DNA of 64,000 bases, taken from contig CAVZMI010000006.1 of the NCBI GenBank assembly GCA_963776275.1, positions 64,001 through 128,000 of the forward strand, written 5' to 3'. The position numbers were made by a program, and so were the translations under genes. Positions 1 through 8,815 of this stretch are shown here, piece after piece (position 1 is the first letter of the stretch; each line of letters opens with the position of its first letter). The notes beneath the pieces were generated by a model that was not told the origin of the DNA, made no database searches, and worked only from the letters and a program-made list of their open reading frames with translations. Source of the DNA: Ignavibacteriota bacterium (GTDB lineage: Bacteria > Bacteroidota > Ignavibacteria > UBA10030 > CAVZMI01).

Positions 1-533
1 ATGAGCTGGTAAAGACAACACCCAATGCATGGATGCCGCAGCAATTTGAAAATGAGGCGAATACCGAAATCCACCGCCGGACCACCGCACAGGAAATTTT
101 ACAGGATTTCCCCGACGGACTCGATTACCTGATCACCGGCGTGGGAACGGGCGGACACATCACCGGCTGCGCTGAGGTACTCAAAAAGAAGTTCCCTGAA
201 TTGAAAGTCTTCGCCGTCGAACCCGATCTATCACCGGTCATTGGCGGCGGGAAACCGGGACCGCATGCATTACAGGGACTCGGAGCCGGGTTCATTCCGA
301 AAATCCTCAACACCGGAATACTGGATGGCACCATACAGGTCAGTAAAGAAGAAGCCTTCGAATACGCAAGACGATCGGCAAAGGAGGAAGGTATATTTGT
401 AGGAATTTCATCCGGCGCGGCCCTTGCAGCAGTTGCAAAAAAGCTCACTGAGATACCGAAGGGAAGCCGCGTGCTGACATTCTGTTACGATACCGGCGAA
501 CGGTATCTGTCGATCGAGGGATTATTTGAATAA
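1..533 (+). CDS. cysK: cysteine synthase A (5'-truncated by window edge)
   Basis: Frame open from window start ([17 protein letters not shown]); motifs [30 protein letters not shown]. Confidence 0.93.
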   Translation, partial: ELVKTTPNAWMPQQFENEANTEIHRRTTAQEILQDFPDGLDYLITGVGTGGHITGCAEVLKKKFPELKVFAVEPDLSPVIGGGKPGPHALQGLGAGFIPKILNTGILDGTIQVSKEEAFEYARRSAKEEGIFVGISSGAALAAVAKKLTEIPKGSRVLTFCYDTGERYLSIEGLFE

Positions 534-681
534 TTCTCATTGATAAAAAATAAATAGCTACTGCCACTCTGTGTCCTTTGTGGTTATATTTTATCAATTG
601 TGAATTTAGAATATTTACCTCCGTAACTATTCGCATCGTCCCTTCGTCGCTATTATGATTCCACATTCACAGGGGGGAAAA

Positions 682-1113
682 ATGAGAACAACCGCCGTCG
701 TTTTAGTTTTCGGATTCATTCTCTTCTTACTTCCGGGCTGTAAAGACCCCGGCTCCGGGCCATCCGCTTCCCCTCCTTCAGGGATGTACGAATATAACGG
801 CTACGATTCAACCGGTACACCGATCGTCCAGGGATGGTTTACAATCGACCTCAAGGATCAAAATATACTGGATGGCGACTGGCAGTTCATTGCAGTGGGT
901 GAAACTAAAAATATTGGCCCTCAAATCGGGAAGGGGCACCTCGCCGGCGAGTTTCACAACGACACAATGTCGATCGAGCTTCAGCCCCTTTACCGCGATA
1001 ATAATGTGGGATTGTTCGGCACTCTCCACGGCAATGAATACAGCGGAAAGTGGGTGTATAGTTCTTTTATCGGTATAACCAACAGCGGAACATTTATTGC
1101 GATAAGGAAATAG
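682..1113 (+). CDS. hypothetical lipoprotein
   Basis: GGGGGA RBS before ATG 682; hydrophobic signal peptide ending in lipobox-like LPGC; beta-rich mature part. Confidence 0.7.
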   Translation: MRTTAVVLVFGFILFLLPGCKDPGSGPSASPPSGMYEYNGYDSTGTPIVQGWFTIDLKDQNILDGDWQFIAVGETKNIGPQIGKGHLAGEFHNDTMSIELQPLYRDNNVGLFGTLHGNEYSGKWVYSSFIGITNSGTFIAIRK

Positions 1114-1145
1114 ACTTTGTATATCCAATCAAATGAGAAATATCT

Positions 1146-1652
1146 TTGTGCGTTCTCTGGCTGGATGAGATCGAGAAAGGAATCGCTCTCGAGACGAACG
1201 ACGGCGGCGTCTCGCGCCGGATTTTAAGCACACTCCTGACATGGATGGCGGAACGGAAATCATCGGTCTTCCTGGTGGCAACCGCAAACGACATCCAATC
1301 ACTTCCGCCCGAATTGATGCGAAAGGGACGGTTCGACGAAATATTTTTTGTCGACCTCCCTGATGCGGAAACGCGGAAAGAAATTTTTACCATCCATCTG
1401 AAGAAACGCAGCTTGAAACCTGAAGACTTCGATCTTGAAGCATTGGTCAATGCGAGCGTGGGATTTTCGGGATCGGAGATCGAACAGGCTGTGGTATCCG
1501 GATTGTATTCACTGGTAGGTGGTTCAGGCGTGTTGACAAGCGACGCTCTTCTCTATGAATTGCGGGTAACGCGTCCTCTCTCTGTCGTCATGGACGAAAA
1601 GATCGAAGCCCTCCGCGAATGGGCGAGGGATAGAACCGTCTTTGCAAATTAA
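1146..1652 (+). pseudogene. C-terminal fragment of a Ycf46-like AAA+ ATPase
   Basis: Begins at Walker B (CVLWLDEIEKG); has ATAN, LPPELMRKGRFDEIFFVDLP, GFSGSEIEQ; no Walker A or N-terminal half, and only 32 bp to the upstream gene. Confidence 0.75.
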
Positions 1653-1965
1653 GAAATAATAGGTTAAAATCCCAAGATCTACGCTCAAGGAGTCTGACAA
1701 ATCCGGTTTTCTCCAAATCATTGCAGTATTTTTTACGAGTTGTTCGAAATCACAACACGAAATGCAAGTAAGGCGAAGAGAAAAGCCGAACGAATTGATG
1801 CCTACGACCCGCTGGGATTTCTGATTTCCGATTGATGATTTATGAATAGATATACAGCCTGCTCTTTTATCTACCCTCGACCTTGATCTCAACCTCAAAA
1901 ACATCTTTTTCTTTCATTTTTTCACTTTTTTCTTTATCTTCACCCAATAATTTGAGGCTCTCTAA

Positions 1966-2934
1966 ATGCAATATCGCACACTCGGAAAGACAGGGATTTC
2001 CGTCTCCGAAATCGGTTACGGAGCGTGGGGCATCGGCCAATCGATGTGGATCGGAGCGGATGATAAAGAATCGCTGCGCGCGCTGCACACCGCGATCGAT
2101 AAAGGACTCAACTTCATCGACACCGCAATGGCGTACGGTCGCGGCCACAGCGAACAACTGATTGGTCAGGCTCTTAAAGAACGTACAGAGAGAGTCTTTG
2201 TAGCCACAAAAATTTCACCCAAAAACCAGCGTTGGCCGGCACAGGAAGGGACATCCCTCCGGGATGCTTTTCCCGTTGAACATATCATCGAATGCACTGA
2301 AAAAAGTTTGAAAAATTTGCAGCTCGACTGCATCGATCTCCAGCAGTTCCATGTCTGGCTCGATGAGTGGTCGCTGCAGGATGAATGGTGGGAAGCGGTG
2401 GTGAAATTGAAAGAGCAGGGGAAAATCCGCTTCGTCGGTATTTCGGTCAACGATCATCAGCCGCATTCGGTCATCAAAGCTGCGAAGAGCGGACGAATCG
2501 ATGCATTCCAGGTTATCTATAACATCTTCGATCAATCGCCCGAGGATGAACTTTTACCCTTATGTCAGAAAGAGAATATCGGTATTCTGGCACGCGTCCC
2601 ATTTGACGAAGGAAGTCTTGCAGGTCAGATTAAACCCGACACGGTATTCCCCGAAGGGGACTGGCGCCATGGCTATTTCAGGGGTGACCGGAAACAGCAG
2701 GTATGGGAACGAGTCCAGAAAATCGAAAAAGAGATGAAAGGTGAAGCGGCTGATATTGCGGAATTTGCACTGCGATATATATTGAGCAACCCGGTGGTCT
2801 CGACCGTCATTCCCGGTATGCGGTCGGTCCGTAACGTCGAAAGAAACTGCGCGGTCTCTGACGGACGCCTCCTGACTGCGCAAACGCTTCAACGCATGAA
2901 GGCGCATCGCTGGGTAAGGAACTTCTATTCTTAG
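1966..2934 (+). CDS. aldo/keto reductase
   Basis: MQYRTLGKTG, IDTAMAYG, ATK, IDLQQFH, IPGMRS motifs. Confidence 0.92.
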   Translation: MQYRTLGKTGISVSEIGYGAWGIGQSMWIGADDKESLRALHTAIDKGLNFIDTAMAYGRGHSEQLIGQALKERTERVFVATKISPKNQRWPAQEGTSLRDAFPVEHIIECTEKSLKNLQLDCIDLQQFHVWLDEWSLQDEWWEAVVKLKEQGKIRFVGISVNDHQPHSVIKAAKSGRIDAFQVIYNIFDQSPEDELLPLCQKENIGILARVPFDEGSLAGQIKPDTVFPEGDWRHGYFRGDRKQQVWERVQKIEKEMKGEAADIAEFALRYILSNPVVSTVIPGMRSVRNVERNCAVSDGRLLTAQTLQRMKAHRWVRNFYS

Positions 2935-3179
2935 TACCAATTAGAGAAATTGAGAAGTTTTTTATACTCCGTGTTCTCTGTGGCAGTGCCCCTAATATTT
3001 ACTCTGATTTTGAAGACGGGGGCACAGCACCACCACTGTTCTTTCTTAATAGCCTGGTGTTATATTTTATAAAACATAACCACAGAGTACACAAAGTTAT
3101 CAAATAACTAATAAATGAGGACACAGAGTTTAAAATTCTATATTTTATCAACCATTGAAGCTGTAATCATGAGGCCCCT

Positions 3180-3527
3180 ATGCCACTCCATTTGATTCAT
3201 ATGGCGGAATACGATATCACGATCATCGAACCCGACACCGATCTCCTCGGCGGGCCCGAAACCGAGGAGCTCCGAACGACGATCTCGAAACTGAATGAAA
3301 AAGGGAATCTGAAGCTCGTCGTCGATCTCAGCAAGGTTTCATACCTGAATAGCTTTGCACTCGGCGTCCTGACGACAGCCTGCGTAAAATACAATCAACG
3401 CGGTGGATCGATAGTCCTGTGCGGCCTTAATCCCAATGTGATGAATGTATTTCACGCGACACGTCTGACAATGGTATTTAAGATCTACACCGATCAGGAC
3501 GAAGCGATCGATCATCTTATTAACTAA
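3180..3527 (+). CDS. STAS-domain anti-sigma factor antagonist
   Basis: VVDLSKVSYLNSFALGVL motif; alternative start at 3201. Confidence 0.85.
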   Translation: MPLHLIHMAEYDITIIEPDTDLLGGPETEELRTTISKLNEKGNLKLVVDLSKVSYLNSFALGVLTTACVKYNQRGGSIVLCGLNPNVMNVFHATRLTMVFKIYTDQDEAIDHLIN

Positions 3528-3572
3528 TGTTACGTATATTTTAATTAAAGCTTGTGCATATGGCATTTTGCA

Positions 3573-3918
3573 CATGCCACCCCTTCGGGGTTTATAATCG
3601 AAACCTGATTTATTTTCTACAAACATACCGTCCCTTCGGGACTCAATCGTCTTATAGGTAGAGAGCACCCACTCCGCCAAGCGTAACGAGGCGAACGGAA
3701 GGTGTGCAAAATATATTAAAACAAAAATCACGAACGGAGAGCACCGGCCTGTCCGCCAACCTGTCCGATGTAGTGGAACGAAGGCGGAAGCGTAACATAG
3801 GCGGAAGGTGCGTAAAATATAATGCCATTGAACTCATAGGTGGAGAGCACCGTAGGTGCGGTATGTTTATAGATCGACGAATGATTTAATTCATTTGAGC
3901 CCTGAAAGGGCGGCATGT
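3573..3918. repeat. cluster of REP-like palindromes with nested hairpin insertions
   Basis: Hairpins CCCCTTCGGGG, GTCCCTTCGGGAC, AGCACCGTAGGTGCG, GCCCTGAAAGGGC; unit GGTGCG-aaaatataatgccattga..cataggtgg-AGCACCG shared with 5622-5747. Confidence 0.85.
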
Positions 3919-3935
3919 GGAGAGAGCGTTTGACA

Positions 3936-4828
3936 ATGGCCACATATAAACTGACAATCGAATACGATGGAACCCGGTTCCGCGGCTGGCAGACCCACCT
4001 GCCTGCCTGCGTGCCTCCGGCAGGTAGGCGCCCCGATTTTAATCGAGGCTCCGGTGACCAGTCCACCGAAGTTCCGACGTTAGTCGGAACGCAGGTGGAC
4101 GCGGCATACAGGGAGAATTAGTCAAAGCGGCAACGGACCTTCTCGGTTCACCCGTCGATATCCAGGGCTCGAGCCGCACCGATGCCGGCGTTCATGCGCT
4201 GGCACAGGTGGCACATCTCATTTCTAAAAAATCTCTCCCCCGTCTCGATATCCAAAATGGGTTGAACGACAGACTCCCTCTCGACATCAACATTTTGAGA
4301 GTCGAGTCCGCACCGAAAAATTTTCATGCCCGACACGATGCGATCGGTCGAAGTTATCTCTATCAAATCTCGAAACGGCGGACCGCCCTCGGTAAACGAT
4401 TCGTCTGGTGGATCGAAGACACGCTCGATACGGCATCGATGGCCAAGGGAATCCGGCTATGTAATGGAATGCACGACTTTAACTCGTTTTGTGATACGGA
4501 CGATGAACAGAAATCGACGAAGGCCCTCGTCGAACAGACGGAACTCCGCGAACTCCCCGAGATGATCCTAATCCGTATTCGTGCTTCGCATTTCCTCTGG
4601 AAAATGGTCCGACGCCTGGTCGGTACTCTCGTGGAAATCGGACGGCATACGATAACGATTCAAGATCTGGAACAATTCCTGACGACAACGTCGAAAAAGC
4701 CGGCAGAATGGACGGCACCGCCGACGGGGCTTTTCCTCGAACAGGTACGATACAAAGGGGAACACTGGTATGAACCGCTGGAACCCATCGTGCAAATTCC
4801 ATCAATCAGATCATTCACCGGTCATTGA
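3936..4828 (+). CDS. truA: tRNA pseudouridine(38-40) synthase with palindromic insertion (~3998-4099) and apparent 1-nt frameshift near 4100
   Basis: N-terminus MATYKLTIEYDGTRFRGWQ; resumes in another frame as RGIQGELV..GSSRTDAGVHALAQV; FHAR, FLWKMVRRLVG, TAPPTGLFL. Confidence 0.9.
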
Positions 4829-5221
4829 ATGGATAATTTGATATATACTCGTCTAAAAATGGATTCCCTTTTTGTCCCTTTCTTTCTGGAAAGAAAGCTT
4901 TACAAAATCGCAACCCGCGTGATATGGCTTCCATCGCGCGCTATTAAAATGGCAATCTTGAGTCCGTCGATCTCGGCCTTAGTATTCGAGGAAAATTCTA
5001 ATGAGTTCTTTCTATGTGCCTCGATCGAAACGCACGAAGTCGCGCCAACACACGGCCCCCCTTCTGGCCGCTGCTCGCCTGCGATTTTGTCGTCAAAGAA
5101 TTATTTACCATAAGAAAAGGCCTTTTTTATTCAACCCAATTTTAAAAGTCAAAATAGAAATACCTTCAAAAAAATTCATTTAAAGCGATTATAATCCAAC
5201 ACAAAAATATATAAGCCACGA

Positions 5222-5575
5222 ATGCTTCCTGAACAATTCGATATCGACCGGGAACTAGTTCGTGCGAGAGAAGCACAATCATCGGGAAATGCCGGAAAGG
5301 CACGGACAGCAGTGCGGCGAGCTGTCGGCTGTGCCTTGAGGTACTGGCTTAAAAAATACCCGCACCCCGATTATCCGGCAGATACAATGCAGCAAATTCG
5401 TCGATTCGTTTCTGAGAAACAGATTCCTCCCGATGTTCAGGAAGCGCTCCTCAGGCTTCAGGCACGAATCAGCGATATGTTTGAATCGTCTTCAATAGAT
5501 CCGATCGATGACGCGTTGATAATTATTACATATATAAGATCAGATTTAGGGATTTCCGATCCAAGCGAAGGTTAG
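5222..5575 (+). CDS. hypothetical protein
   Basis: 117-aa helical ORF (GNAGKARTAVRRAVG); no family recognised with certainty. Confidence 0.65.
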   Translation: MLPEQFDIDRELVRAREAQSSGNAGKARTAVRRAVGCALRYWLKKYPHPDYPADTMQQIRRFVSEKQIPPDVQEALLRLQARISDMFESSSIDPIDDALIIITYIRSDLGISDPSEG

Positions 5576-5614
5576 ATGTCGCTTATCAGCCTGAGAGTTT
5601 TCTCATTTGGAAGG

Positions 5615-5918
5615 GAGTACCGAAGGTGCGCAAAATATAATGCCATTGACATCATAGGTGGAAAGCACCGGCCTGTCCACCAAAGCGTAGCGTAGGCGGA
5701 AGGTGCGCAAAATATAATGCCATTGACATCATAGGTGGAAAGCACCGTAGGTGCGACATATTTGTAGACTGATGAAAAATTGAAACGTGTGAGCACTGAA
5801 AGTGCGGCATATGGCAATAGCCTATGGCTTATGTGGCATGCTGCACATGTCACCCTTTCAGGGTTTATATATAAATTAAAATACGTTTTCTATAAACATA
5901 CCGTCCCTATCGGGACTC
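5615..5918. repeat. REP-like cluster: two identical 49-bp direct repeats (5622-5670, 5699-5747) plus an inverted unit (5845-5918)
   Basis: GAAGGTGCGCAAAATATAATGCCATTGACATCATAGGTGGAAAGCACCG occurs twice; 5845-5918 is a near copy of 3573-3643. Confidence 0.88.
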
Positions 5919-5932
5919 AATGGGAAATTAAC

Positions 5933-6673
5933 ATGATGAAAGCTGTGATTCTCGCCGCCGGAGCAGCGATGCGGTTACGTCCGATTACCGACGCGATTCC
6001 AAAATGCCTGCTCCCGGTGGGTGGCCGGCCTCTCTTACAGAGAACTATTGATGCACTTTGTGCCTATGGAATTCACGACATCATTATCGTCGTCGGATAT
6101 CAGGCTCAGTCGGTTATTTCGTTCTGCAACAACACATACCCAAGAAAGGGACTGACATGTGTAGAAAATCCCATCTATGATACAACGAACAATGCATATT
6201 CGCTTCTTCTGATACAGCAGTATGTTCTTGATGATGAGGTTATTCTTCTCGACGGCGATATCCTTTTCGATCCGCGGCTTATCGGGCATCTTCTTTCATC
6301 ACAACGACAGAATATACTTCTGCTTCGTCCGAGCCATTTACTCGGCGCAGAAGAAATCAAAGTCCTGACCCATAACGGCAATCGAATCCTCAGGATTTCA
6401 AAAGATCTAGATCCCAGCCATGCATCGGGTGAATCGATCGGTATTGAACGTTTTTCAAAGCAAGCGGTCCGGAAGCTTTTCAAAATTTTACAGCGACGAA
6501 TTCACGAAGAGCGAAGGGTCGATGAATGGTACGAAACAAGTTTTCAGGAGCTTATCGATAATGGCGAGGAAATATTTGCTGTAGATACGGCAGGACTTGC
6601 CTGCATCGAGATTGATACTGCGGCGGATATCGAAACCGCCGAACGTGATGTCCTTCCACTGATAGGAGTATAA
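5933..6673 (+). CDS. sugar/choline/inositol-phosphate cytidylyltransferase family (NTP transferase)
   Basis: KAVILAAG..RLRPIT..PKCLL, LLDGDILF, EIDT motifs; ATG 5933 (the ORF track extends into the repeat). Confidence 0.85.
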   Translation: MMKAVILAAGAAMRLRPITDAIPKCLLPVGGRPLLQRTIDALCAYGIHDIIIVVGYQAQSVISFCNNTYPRKGLTCVENPIYDTTNNAYSLLLIQQYVLDDEVILLDGDILFDPRLIGHLLSSQRQNILLLRPSHLLGAEEIKVLTHNGNRILRISKDLDPSHASGESIGIERFSKQAVRKLFKILQRRIHEERRVDEWYETSFQELIDNGEEIFAVDTAGLACIEIDTAADIETAERDVLPLIGV

Positions 6674-7546
6674 ATGGCCGGTCAAAATACTTATCAATAT
6701 GAGGCTTCGATCAAATCGCGCCGGTCGGATGAAATCATCAACACATATCTGATTCGTCCGATCGCTGGGAAGATCGTTCGATTGCTTTACACCACATTCG
6801 TGACTCCAAACCACTTGACGATTGCAGCGATTGTAGCAGGATTACTTGCAGCAGGGTGTTATGGATTCAGGACGTATACGGGTACAATCCTGGCCGCAAT
6901 CCTCATCGAAGCGAAGGACATTCTCGATTCAGCCGACGGTCAGCTGGCCCGTGCAAAACAGATGTACAGCCGCCGCGGGAGATTCCTCGATTCATTGGGA
7001 GATATGCTTGTTAATGCTGCCTTGTTTGCCGGTCTGATCATCAATCTGCACGGAGGATTCACCATAATCGTTTTAGCAATTACAGGATTTGTGGGAATGA
7101 CTCTCCGCGTTTCATATCACGTTTTTTATCATGTTAAGTATCTTCATCTCGAAGAACAATATCTTGTGAACCGTACAGACGAGACAATTTCCGAAGCCGA
7201 CCGAAGAGCGGATCCGGTCGCTCTCCTTCTGCAAAAAATGTATCTTGTCATTTACGGTTGGCAGGATCGTCTTATGGCGGGAATCGACCGGTGGTGTCTT
7301 GGACGGAAAAACATTGCGACGTTTTCTCCGCATCATGAGGTCATGATCCGGTGGTACAAAAATACCGTTGCGCTTCGACTTTCAGGATTTCTCGGATTAG
7401 GGACCGAGCTTGCTTTGCTTGCGTGCTGTTCAATTCTCGGCAACCTTCTGATCTATCTCCTGTTGAACATTTTCGTGATGAATATAATTTTTATCTTTAC
7501 TATTCTATACAGAAAATTCATTCTCTCCCGTCTGATTACGCAGTAA
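6674..7546 (+). CDS. CDP-alcohol phosphatidyltransferase family protein
   Basis: TPNHLT and DSADGQLARAKQMYSRRGRFLDSLGD signature; multiple TM segments; abuts the upstream gene. Confidence 0.9.
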   Translation: MAGQNTYQYEASIKSRRSDEIINTYLIRPIAGKIVRLLYTTFVTPNHLTIAAIVAGLLAAGCYGFRTYTGTILAAILIEAKDILDSADGQLARAKQMYSRRGRFLDSLGDMLVNAALFAGLIINLHGGFTIIVLAITGFVGMTLRVSYHVFYHVKYLHLEEQYLVNRTDETISEADRRADPVALLLQKMYLVIYGWQDRLMAGIDRWCLGRKNIATFSPHHEVMIRWYKNTVALRLSGFLGLGTELALLACCSILGNLLIYLLLNIFVMNIIFIFTILYRKFILSRLITQ

Positions 7547-7570
7547 TCAAACGGGGTTACCGTGTTAAAT

Positions 7571-7598
7571 AAAAAGGCCCGGTAATCGAAGCCGGGCC
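7571..7598 (-). terminator. rho-independent terminator
   Basis: GGCCCGG..CCGGGCC stem followed by a T-run on the minus strand, downstream of the response regulator. Confidence 0.7.
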
Positions 7599-7627
7599 GG
7601 ATCATAGATAATCGTAATCGCCGAGAA

Positions 7628-8638
7628 TTAATGTTTTGCGTCTTTGAACGCCTGTCGTAATTCGCGGTATCGTCTGAGCTTTCCCTCGATTGAAGCGAGA
7701 AGTGCTTCCGGTTCGAGCGGCTTCACCAGATATTCATCGACACCCATTTTTCTTCCTGTCCGTACCACCATCTCATCATCCATACCGCTCAGGAAAAGAA
7801 ACGGGACATTCACAAACCGGTTATCCTTCCGGAGGCGTTCGTAGAACGTAAATCCTCCGATACCCGGTTTCGGGAAATTGATATCGGAAAGAATAAGGTC
7901 GGGGATACTCGAAGAAAGAATGTCCATCGCCTCTTCAACGCTCGTGGCTGTGACCACAAGATATCCTTCATCAGAGAGCGTATTTCGAATCAGCCAGAGA
8001 AGCTCTTTATCGTCATCCACAACGAGGATTTTTCCCTTCGATCGATCGGCTCGAAGCTCAAAAAGGATTCTTCCTTCAAGTCCGAGATGCTCTTCGACCG
8101 TGATAAGATATTTCTTTCTGAGATCATCCAAACCTGCTGCGGCCGTATCGATTGACTCGCCTTCATGCCATGCCGCTTTAATAGCATGCAGATAAGCATC
8201 GATCTGCGCTTTCTTTTCCATTCTCTGATGAACTTCCTCGGGAATTCCAAGCCGTACTCGCAGCTCAACAAGCATATTTTCTTCTTCAGACGATTTTTGT
8301 CCGTCTTCCCACACATTTTCTATCCGCAGCTGGTATTCACGGAGCGCTTCTTCTGAAACTGCCGGTGCTTCCTGGTAGGCTACCTGTTGCGCCTGAGCCT
8401 GTGCCTGTGCTTGAGCTTGTGCCTGTGCCTGTGCTTGTTCCTGTTGAGCCTGCAGGAGCGCGGTTCGTATACGATCAGCGTAAGCCTTGGCAAAAATATT
8501 CGTCGGATCAATTTCCACAGCTTTTTGAACCTCTTCCTCCGCTTCTGAAAATTGTCCGGCTTTCAATAAGCCATCCGCTGCTTTAAGGTGTTGACCAAGG
8601 AGTGCCCGTTTACTGGGTGTCAATTCTGCCGCTGCCAT
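7628..8638 (-). CDS. response regulator: TPR-like N-terminus, (QA)n linker, two helical repeats, C-terminal receiver domain
   Basis: ILVVDDD, PDLILSDI, FLSG, YLVKP receiver motifs; QAQAQAQAQAQAQ tract. Confidence 0.85.
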   Translation of the reverse strand: MAAAELTPSKRALLGQHLKAADGLLKAGQFSEAEEEVQKAVEIDPTNIFAKAYADRIRTALLQAQQEQAQAQAQAQAQAQAQAQQVAYQEAPAVSEEALREYQLRIENVWEDGQKSSEEENMLVELRVRLGIPEEVHQRMEKKAQIDAYLHAIKAAWHEGESIDTAAAGLDDLRKKYLITVEEHLGLEGRILFELRADRSKGKILVVDDDKELLWLIRNTLSDEGYLVVTATSVEEAMDILSSSIPDLILSDINFPKPGIGGFTFYERLRKDNRFVNVPFLFLSGMDDEMVVRTGRKMGVDEYLVKPLEPEALLASIEGKLRRYRELRQAFKDAKH

Positions 8639-8815
8639 GATGTTCCCAGGATGAAATGAGGGTCATTTAAATATTTGTTTTTAAATATAGAGAGAGAACC
8701 TTTGAAAGTCAATAGAATCTTCATAAAATGTAACAAATTCATGGATTTGCCGTATAGCGTAGAGAGGGTAGAGTTTCACCCTGGAAGGCGATTTTTTATC
8801 GTACGGGAGGGTTTT

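Noticed and set aside
4829-5113. 94-aa ORF after truA
   Set aside because: No RBS or recognisable motif; cannot be supported as a gene.
5622-5747. Mini CRISPR array (two identical 49-bp repeats with a 28-bp spacer)
   Set aside because: The spacer is itself a hairpin element with related copies at 3748-3805 and inside truA; there are only two units and no cas genes. It is better explained as nested REP-like repeats.
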